DNA of 64,000 nucleotides from Chrysomallon squamiferum (taxonomy: Eukaryota; Animalia; Mollusca): NCBI GenBank assembly GCA_012295275.1, contig CM022667.1, forward strand, positions 7,440,001-7,504,000, written 5' to 3'. The first letter of the stretch is position 1; each line of letters starts with the position of its first letter. Positions 54,324-64,000 of the stretch are shown here, one piece after another. The translations under genes were made by a program, and so were the position numbers. The notes under the pieces are model-generated. The model had not been told where the DNA came from. It saw nothing but the letters and a program-made list of their open reading frames with translations, and did no database searches.

Positions 54324-56875
54324 TTTTGTCTGTGTGGAATGGTGCTCAAAAAATCCCTCTTACTCTTACTGTTACTGATGTACCATAGCCTTGCTTTTCC
54401 AGTCTTTTCTCATCAGTAAACACTTACAAGTAAAACCATTGCAAAAATAATTTTAATAATGTTTTTGATTAATATTGGCTTCTCTGTCCCACAGAACAGC
54501 AGTATGCAAAGTATAACCACTGATAAAATATTTGTGTAATGAGTCTGAGAACTGAGAGTTTGACCTGGCGACAAAGATACGTGCGAATGTCAAATCAAAT
54601 TATCTTAGTTAAGAGGGAGATTACAATTTTTTTTTTTTTTTTTCCTTCACATTTTGAGTGAAAATTTAATTTGATAAATTCCCTATCAACTTAATTCTAT
54701 TTACTGGAACTGTCAGTCAGCCAACAGAATCATCACTGACAATTCTGTCAGCATAATTATTTTTAAAATTTATTTTACTACTTTAAACTGTTTATTTATC
54801 TGAATTCGTTTTCTTTCATAATGGCATCAGGTTATGAGGTATGTGTTTTACTTTCTATAGGAAGGTAATGAAAAAAAAAAATGTGATGTGTAAAATACAT
54901 GATGGAGTGCAAAAATAATAAACTTTATTGAATATTTTCATAACAGATTTATAAGAAGCAAAACACATTTATGATATCTCTCTCTCTCTGTCTGTCTCTC
55001 TCACACAAACACTGGTTACAACAGTTTGCTGTCTGACTTGAGACTGTTTTTATTAACTTAGAGTATCTGCCAGAACTCCAGTTTTCTCTCGTTTCTACTG
55101 GTTTTAATAAATCAGTTATCTTTATTTTCATTCAACAACAAAAGTGTTATCTGCTCTGAGGCAGTTATAATTAAACAGAAAACTTCACAAGTAATACTGG
55201 TATTTTTTTACAACAAACTGGAGATTTATTATTTTTTGAGTTGTAAATTATAGAAAGAAATTATTATTATCATCATCAATCTACTAATTATTGACATTCT
55301 AATCATACAATTCTCTTGTTTTATTGATTAAAAATCCTATTAGAGCTAGTTTATTAGAAAATATCACAGACAGAATAATTCTTTTCTCACATAAATGTCT
55401 CAGTCTATGACAGTTAAAGCTGCTAAAGACAGAGTGACACAGGATATCTTACTCTGCCACAAGAACAGCTACTTCAAAAAAAAATACTGAGTAATTAGCT
55501 CTTTCATTTAAGAGTCATTATATTTACTAGTAATAAAGTAATTGTCATATTAAAGTCCATACCACATGATAATAAAATAATTATGATATTAAAAAAGTAT
55601 TAGTTAAAAAAGGTATATAATATTTATTACAACAATTGTATTGCAATCAAGGAGATTGATCCTAACTAGAAATAAAGGTGACACTGAAAGTAATAATGAA
55701 GTCTGTTTGTGGCTATCTAATCAAACACTACACAAACTTGGTCAGTTTGTGTATTTTCAAGGACAATAAGAAATCACTCTTCATGTCAGAAACACCTCAC
55801 TGACCAACTCCTGTACAGAATTATAATTAAAACATGCCAACAGCAAGAAGTGTAACAATTCTGTAATGAGAGAGAGATGCAGAGAGAGGGGAAGAACAAG
55901 AGAAAAAAAAAATCAGAGATGAGAGAAAAAACACACAATTAATTTTAAAATTATGAAACAAATAATAAACAATTATAATAATAATAAATAAATAAAATGA
56001 AAAAAAAAAAAAAAAAAAAAATGCCACAAAACCTAAACCATCACCTGTTACTGCTAACATTAGACAAAATTAATTGGATCTAAATTTATACTAAAAGATG
56101 TTGATATGATTTTGATTTAGTTAAGAAATCTGTTCATTCTTCACATAAATTATGGTTTAATGATAGATTGTTTCTTTACAGTTTCATTTTATGTAGATTT
56201 CTTTTTCTTTTCTTTATTAAAAAAATCAAAAAACACAACAAAACTTCAGTTATAATAATAAATAATTAAATAAATAAATAAATTAATTAGAATAATAAAA
56301 ATTATCAATAAAATATTTTTTAAATTTCAGAAGATACAAAGGTTATACTGTTCTCAGAAAGATTTTTTTATTATTTTAACTACTGATATTTTAAAACTGT
56401 TATTTTTTTATTTTTGTTTTATATTTTAATTTTAGTTTTGTTTGTTTTTTTTGACTGTAAAAAACAAAACATTAACAAAATGAAGGTACATTAAAATGTC
56501 ATTCTCAAATTTGAAATAAGATATTTAATTTAGACACTAAAATATCAGTGAGCTGGGTCAGCAGACTGTAATAATTCTTTCAAAGAACAAATCCTATTTT
56601 GTAAGAAGAGAGAAAAATAAAAAGTGAAGAAAGATCAACAAAGAACAGTTTTTTACTTTTTCTTCTCTCATGACAAAACAAGATTTCCCAGAAGTCTTTT
56701 CTTTATATGCTATCAGCTAAAAAAACAACAAACAAAACAACTTTTCAAGTTAAATTTGATCTGGTGAAATATCAGTATGGTTTCAGTTATTAAAAAAAAA
56801 TGTTTTTTTTTTTTTTTTTTTAAAACTGCTCTTCAAGTGTGCTCATGTCATTGGTGACAATTGTTAACACACATG

Positions 56876-57642
56876 CCACAGTTTTAAATTTTAATATTGA
56901 TTTACTGAGAAAACTCTAACAGGAGCCACAGTTTTAAATTTTAATATTGATTTACTGAGAAAACTCTAACAGGAGCCACACAGTTTTTAAATTTTAATAT
57001 TGATTTACTGAGAAAACTCTAACAGGAGCCACACAGTTTTTAAATTTTAATATTGATTTACTGAGATAACTAACAGGAGCCACACAGTTTTTAAATTTTA
57101 ATATTGATTTACTGAGAAAACTCTAACAGGAGCCACACAGTTTTAAATTTTAATATTGATTTACTGAGAAAACTAACAGGAGCCACACAGTTTTTAAATT
57201 TTAATATTGATTGACTGAGAAAACTCTAACAGGAGCCACACAGTTTTTAAATTTTAATATTGATTTACTGAGAAAACTCTAACAGGAGCCACACAGTTTT
57301 TAAATTTTAATATTGATTTACTGAGAAAACTCTAACAGGAGCCACACAGTTTTTAAATTTTAATATTGATTGACTGAGAAAACTCTAACAGGAGCCACAC
57401 AGTTTTTAAATTTTAATATTGATTTACTGAGATAACTCTAACAGGAGCCACACAGTTTTTAAATTTTAATATTGATTGACTGAGAAAACTCTAACAGGAG
57501 CCACACAGTTTTTAAATTTTAATATTGATTTACTGAGAAAACTGAGACAGTTTTTAAATTTTAATATTAACAGGAGCCACACAGTTTTTAAATTTTAATA
57601 TTGATTTACTGAGAAAACTCTAACAGGAGCCACACAGTTTTT
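56876..57642. repeat. 53-bp minisatellite (~14-15 copies)
   Basis: Unit CCACACAGTTTTTAAATTTTAATATTGATTTACTGAGAAAACTCTAACAGGAG. Confidence 0.96.
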
Positions 57643-59842
57643 GTTTATTAAAAAAATGTTCACACCAAACATGTCACAGAATAAGTTTTTGAAATTTTTA
57701 TTTATTTGTTTTTGTATTTTATATCAATACATACACAACATTAATACTTAATTGACAGAAATTATTTTTATTAATATAAAAAGACACAATCTCTGTTAGC
57801 TTGAATTTGAGCACACAAAGTGAATACTGAAAATAAGATTATGGATCTTAAAAACAATTTATTTTCACAATATGCTAATATTTGCAAAAAGTTGTTGAAC
57901 CTAGAATTATTCTTATTTTTACTGCTACTACCACTACTGTTATTGTTATTATTATTAATTTAGTAATAATTTACTTTTGTAATTTGATGAAAATCTTATA
58001 ACCTATCACTAGTTTTACACATAAAGTTAATCTAGAAAGTTGTTGCAGTGGATGTTGTGATGTCATCAATACACAAGGATGATCATTATTGTCATGTGCA
58101 TTATGAGCTAAACAGATTCCTCCTCAAATACCTGTAACATAATTTGACTAACATTTCTTTTATTATCAAAATTATCAGCGGTAATTTTCTAAGTTTAGTT
58201 CAGTAAGTAATTCTGACTATACTTTGTGCTCTTTTAACACAGTCAGTCAGTTAGAGATTTACTTGTGTATTTGTGTCGTCAAGTTAACCAGTGTAAAGAA
58301 TAACATTACTTTTAACTCACAAAGAGAAAAAAAAATAGTAATAAAAAATAAAAAAGATAATAATATGTAAAATAATAATACATTTGTTAAAATAATAAGA
58401 TAAGATAAAAATCAAAAATATGAATGAATAATTAATGCAAAAACTATATAAATATATAAGTAAATAAATAAGTATATAAATAAATCAGAAATTAAAAGAA
58501 AAGGAGAAAAAGGTTAAAAAATGTAAAAAATAAAATAAAATAAAGTAAAAGAAAAAATACTAAAAACAATTATAATAATATAAATTATTAAATAAAATAA
58601 GTAAACTAAAATTAAGATAAAAAACAGGTCAGTGTCTTTACAAACATCAGTTTTACATTTTACAGCAGACAACTTTCTGTTTAGAACATTTTCAATGCTT
58701 TTATTTTCACTAAATTTAGAAACTTAACAAATATAGAAACAACAGTCAAACATATCTGTTTTTAGTTTCAATGAGAAAAAATGTGTCACAACTGTAACTT
58801 CATCTTCCAAGTGTTTTACATAAACAACTTTTATCTAACCAAAGTTTTATCTAAACAAACTTTCATCTAATTAAAATGTTATTTAAATAGTTTTATCTAA
58901 ACTAAGTGTTCTGGTGTAGATTGTACGTTATCTAAACACAGGCTGGACTATCACAGAACATACAGACAGAGAGTCAGACAGATGAACAGCAATTCAACTC
59001 ACAGTTCTTCAAATGGCAGAGTGAAAGTTTGAAGGAGAAAATCTTTCAATATCATTTGGTATTGTCTCCACTATTTCAAGGATCTGAGGACAAGAACATT
59101 TTTATTGATTTCAGTCACACTGCAAGAATGAATGTGATGTTTATTGATCTAAATTTGGATTTCTTCAAAAGAAAAAGAAAAAAAACAATAACAGCCAAAA
59201 ATAAATTTAAAAATATTTCAAGTTCAAACATCAATACACCAATTCATGTCACAATAAAAACAATCCTGTCAAAATTTTTAATTCTAGTCAGAAATCATTT
59301 AAAAAATATTAAAAACATAATAATAATAAAAACAAATAAAAATAAAAACAAAATAAAAAAGGAAATAAATAAATAAAATATAACATATATAAAAATAAAA
59401 TAAAATAACATAAATAAAATAAATAAATAAATAAATTATGTGTTGAGAGAGATGTTTAATATTTAAAAATTACAGGTTATTAAAAATGCAGATGTTTACC
59501 TCAAGACATAAGTTAGTTCATACACATTTGGTACCTGACTTTTTTTTAGATAAAAAATTTCACAAGCAGAAATCATTACTATATAAAAAAAACACAGGTT
59601 TCTTACCCAGCAGTCTAGAAATACTAAAATCTCAAAACGTTTTTAGAAAATATTTTTGAAGCACATTTTTAATTTTTGTTTGTTTTAAATATGTTTAACA
59701 AAAATCAGATCATTAGCTCAGCAATGCAGAAATAAATATCCTGATTCTAATTGTAAGATATTATTTAGTTTAAGGGAATATTAAAAGAAAACCAATCTTT
59801 TTTTTTTTTTTTTTTTGTATATATATAACACAATCTGGAACC

Positions 59843-60103
59843 AATTTTGTACACATATTCTACAATGTATAATTTTGTACACATATTCTACAGTGTATAA
59901 TTTTGTACACATATTCTACAGTGTATAATTTTGTACACATATTCTACAGTGTATAATTTTGTACACATATTCTACAGTGTATAATTTCATACACATATTC
60001 TACAGTGTATAATTTTATACACACATTCTACAGTGTATAATTTTGTACACATATTCTACAGTGTATAATTTTGTACACACATTCTACAGTATAATTTCAT
60101 ACA
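59843..60103. repeat. 28-bp minisatellite (~9 copies)
   Basis: Unit AATTTTGTACACATATTCTACAGTGTAT. Confidence 0.95.
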
Positions 60104-60502
60104 AATGTTGCTTATACTAATTCTGTGTTTTGCTCAGGCTGTTTGGTCCTCTGGAGACTAAGTCTGATTTGTTCAATATGGTCTAAATTAGTGAATTAAG
60201 CCAAGCTTCGTGATTGCTTGGTGATAAACAAGACAATCATAAAGTCTGTCAATTAATATCATTCCTCTGAACACACCAAGGTCTCACAAACTAACCAAAA
60301 CATTTCTTTCAGCTTCAAAACTAAAATTAAAGAAAAAAAGAAGAGAAAAATAAGCAGATTTAAGCTTGTTGTTATAAATTTCTAACATGAACATTCAAAA
60401 AACAAAATTGTTATACACAATATCTGATATTTTCTTCAAACACGACAACCATATTTAACTAGTAAAAAGACTTCAACTATTCATTCATGTGAATTTTATA
60501 TA

Positions 60503-60639
60503 CAGTGGTACCTTGACTTATGACTTTAATTCATTCTGTGAACAAGCTCATAACTCAGTCTGCTCGTATATCAAATCAATTTTCCCAACTGAAATTAACT
60601 GAAATACCATTAATCTGTTTCAGCCCTCAAAAACCACCT

Positions 60640-60676
<37 letters not shown>

Positions 60677-60835
60677 TAATGTGTTTTAAATAAGAAAAAT
60701 GTATTTATATATGACAAATATTGTATAAACACAAAACAGATTTTGGTTTGCAACTCAAAGCAAAAAATCGACCGGACGATTGCTCATAACTCTAAAAACT
60801 CATAAGTTGGGGCACTCGTAAGTTAGGTACCACTG
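60503..60835. mobile_element. Non-autonomous Tc1/mariner-superfamily (pogo/Tigger-type) DNA transposon (MITE), 333 bp
   Basis: Terminal inverted repeats CAGTGGTACCTTGACTTA ... TAAGTTAGGTACCACTG, left flank TA (60501-02), right flank TG merging into a (TG)n run. Several subterminal CTC(A/G)TA(A/T) motifs and no transposase ORF. Confidence 0.8.
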
Positions 60836-62009
60836 TGTGTGTGTGTGTGTGTGCGTATTAATCAATATGACCATAATAAAGAATTTAAACGTATTTCAAA
60901 AACTGAAATGAAATTATAAAAATCACTTATTATCCAACAATATTAAGAAAAAGAAACTGCTGTGATTTAATTAATTTATTTCTGTGAAATAAACTTTATC
61001 AAAGATTTAGTGAACAGGCAGTAAGAATCATTGTTTCTGGCTAAAATAATTCCTGTTCAGCAGATAGTTGAAGTGATCAGTCAGAGTTTGACAATTTAAC
61101 TGTTGTTTTCTTGATAAATGATCACTTTAACATTTGTGCTATGTCAAAGTGTTTTCACTTAACCAACTTCACTAACACACAAACGTTCTTTTATTTTTTA
61201 TATTTCACTGTGTGCTGACATTTAACTGTGGCCCAGAGCTACACTTTACTGTATTTCATTTGCACCATTTACTGTTAACTGTTACTTGTTACCATTACAG
61301 TAGCAGAAACAGTGGAGTTGATACTGATGTTATCATGTTGCTGATCTTTAGATAAATAAAAACAACAATTATAGCATTAACACTTACCTATAGATATTCA
61401 CATACACACCCACCCACACCTCTTAAACATCCACCAACCCACTGACTGTCATCATCTCCACAGATCTTATTGTAACATTTCTCATTAACCAATACTTTTT
61501 TATCTAAATATCAAAAACATTTTAATTAGCAGTCTAGCAACAATATATCCAGACATTTAAAAATTGCAAAGAACACATTTTTCATTGCTATGTTTTGGTC
61601 AGTTTGAAATAATCCCTCATCTCTGAATTCTCTACCCAGACATGCTAAACTTCACAGTTTTGTTCAGGAGATAAACAAAGGAAGTTTCACTGGTCACCAT
61701 TTATCAGTTTTCTGTTCTCACATCAGCCATGTTCTTTTGGTGACTTCAACACCTTACTGTCATCATTTTAACTGTTTTAGATAAATTATTTGCTTTTTCC
61801 TCCAGTGACAGGAATCAAATTAATCTGTCACCAAGCACACAACTAAAAAGCTGCTAGTGTTTTATTAAAGAATCATTTTCTTTCCGCAAAAATTGAAGTG
61901 GATTTTGTTTATAATAAATTTACAGTCACTCAACATTTTTTGTTTTTAAAGGGGATTTTAATTTTTTCCTGTACTTGAATCGTGACATGCTGGTTGAAGC
62001 AGTCTGTGT

Positions 62010-62721
62010 CAGACAAAGCTGTGTAAGACAAAGCTGTGTAACGACAAAGCTGTGTGATGACAGAGCTGTGTGATGACAGACCTGTGTGACGACAAAGCTG
62101 TGTGATGACAAAGCTGTGACAACAAAGCTGTGTGATGACAGACCTGTGTGACAACAAAGCTGTGTGATGACAAAGCTGTGTGACGACAAAGCTGTGTGAT
62201 GACAGACCTGTGTGACAACAAAGCTGTGTGAGGACAGACCTGTGTGACGACAAAGCTGTGACAACAAAGCTGCGTGATGACAGACCTGTGACAACAAAGC
62301 TGTGTGATGACAGACCTGTGACAACAAAGCTGTGTGATGACAAAGCTGTGACGACAGAGCTGTGTGATGACAAACCTATGACGACAGATCTGTGTGATGA
62401 CAAAGCTGTGTGACAACAGCTATATAATGACAGAGCTGTGTGACGACAAAGCTGTGATGGCAACTGTGTAAGGACAGAGTTGTGTGACAACAAAACTGTG
62501 ACGACAGAGCTGTGTGATGACAAAGCAGTGTGATGACAAAGCTGTGACGACAGAGCTGTGTGATGACAGCTGTGTGACGACAGAGCTGTGTGATGACAAA
62601 GCTGTGACGACAAAGCTGTGTGACGACAGAGCTGTGTGATGACAAAGCTGTGATGACAGAGCTGTGTGACGACAGATTTGTGTGATGGCAGAGCTCTGTG
62701 ACAACAAAGCTGTGTGATGAA
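62010..62721. repeat. 14-16 bp minisatellite (GACAAAGCTGTGTGAT variants)
   Basis: Dozens of GAC(A/G)ACAAAGCTGTG(TG)-type units. It explains the overlapping minus-strand ORFs in the ORF track. Confidence 0.95.
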
Positions 62722-64000
62722 AAGTCTCTGCTAATAGGTCTCCTGGTGAACCAGACAGTTAACTCTGACAATGATCACATTTTAATGGTGGTGAAAAGTG
62801 CCTGTAATTTACCCTGGGGAAATTTTATAAACTTGTAAATGAAATTCTCTTGGGCCACTTAACCAGAATTAATGTCACAAGTAAGTCATGAAAGTATAAT
62901 CACAGAGGACACGAATAACCTTATCACAGACTGTTTAGTTTAAACATTGACACACACACACACACACAGACAGACACATACATACAAAGACACACACAGA
63001 CTTACACATATATATACACACATAGACATATACATATATATATACAATCACACACACACACATACACACAGATAGACAAGCAGATACACACACATATACA
63101 TACGAAGACATATAGATACATAGAAACACATATATGCACATATACACACACACACATATATACATAATAACACACACACAAAAGTGTACAGAAAATGAAT
63201 GTTTTTTAAATCTTATTTTTTCATTATAGAAGTATTTTCAATATAGCTAAATGTTAAGGAAACAAGTGATAAACTTGTTACAAACAGACAGAACAAAGTA
63301 AACACTGCAGTCTTTAGATTAGTGTACATACAACAGTCCTTTCATCGTGTTTTTTCTCAACATTGCCTTCCTAAAGAATACAACAATAAAATTATTCGCA
63401 TCAATTTGTATTTTGCCTTTTAAATACAAAGAAATATAATAATAATGATAAAAATAAATCTTTTATACACTTTTTTTATTTTAAACTTCTACTGATTTTC
63501 ACACCCACTTTCCCCAGTCAGTGAAACCACAGTTTACTAGGTTAACTGAGGAGCACTGTTAGAATGGGATATTGGTGTAGTGAAAGCTGTGTGGAGGACT
63601 GGTTCTGCAACCTGAGCTTGTGTAACACTATCTGATAACTGATAAACTGGTAGTGTTTTTAGTTGTTTCTATCTCAAACACACGGTGACCAAACATCACA
63701 TCAGAAAAAACCCAGTTTACAATGGTTGTTTTTTTGGGGTGGTAGTGCTGGTGTTTTTCTTTTTAAATTGTTATATATGCATGCACAGAATCGAACTACT
63801 TCCTTAATTGCATGCTCCACATCATTTTTCAAGTGAAATGGAAATCTTTTATGAAAATTAATTTTTTTCTGAAATTAAAATCCTGTACTGATTTCAGTAA
63901 ATTTAGGTTAAAAAGTTTAAATTCCATACTAATTTGCTAATTTTGTGTTTTAATACCAGATAGAGATAGAGATGTATTTGATGTTTAAAATATGATTTAA

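Noticed and set aside
53158-54419. Long overlapping ORFs (up to 305 aa) as a protein-coding gene
   Set aside because: Entirely produced by a stop-free 23-bp tandem repeat. All frames are open, with no domain and no splice context.
61381-61470. Minus-strand AG|GTAAGT donor as the missing upstream RECQL4 exon
   Set aside because: The required phase-0 frame ends in TAG at the junction and shows no RECQL4 similarity.
61926-62771. Multiple His/Cys/Ser-rich minus-strand ORFs
   Set aside because: Translation artefacts of a 14-16 bp minisatellite.

Overview
AT-rich animal (metazoan) genomic DNA with GT-AG spliced genes, many micro- and minisatellites and strong CpG depletion. An invertebrate such as a mollusc is plausible but cannot be proven from this window. 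The left half holds four genes that I assembled exon by exon with phase-consistent junctions: an alpha-arrestin (ARRDC family, +, 7 coding exons, 385 aa); an unusual chromodomain + RS-domain + single-transmembrane protein (-, 5 exons, 264 aa); a DUSP22/DUSP15-type dual-specificity phosphatase (+, 5 exons, 280 aa); and the last six coding exons of RECQL4 (-). The right half (~29.9-64 kb) has no recognisable exon and looks like one giant RECQL4 intron carrying minisatellites, a pogo/Tigger-type MITE, a foldback and a local CpG-rich island. Highlights: (1) the chromo-RS-TM protein, a candidate LBR-analogous membrane tether for methylated chromatin; (2) tandem repeats that have multiplied real splice sites (in-frame 39-nt donors in the arrestin, 91-nt decoy acceptors in DUSP); (3) a phase-compatible candidate extra DUSP exon lying antisense inside a RECQL4 intron.
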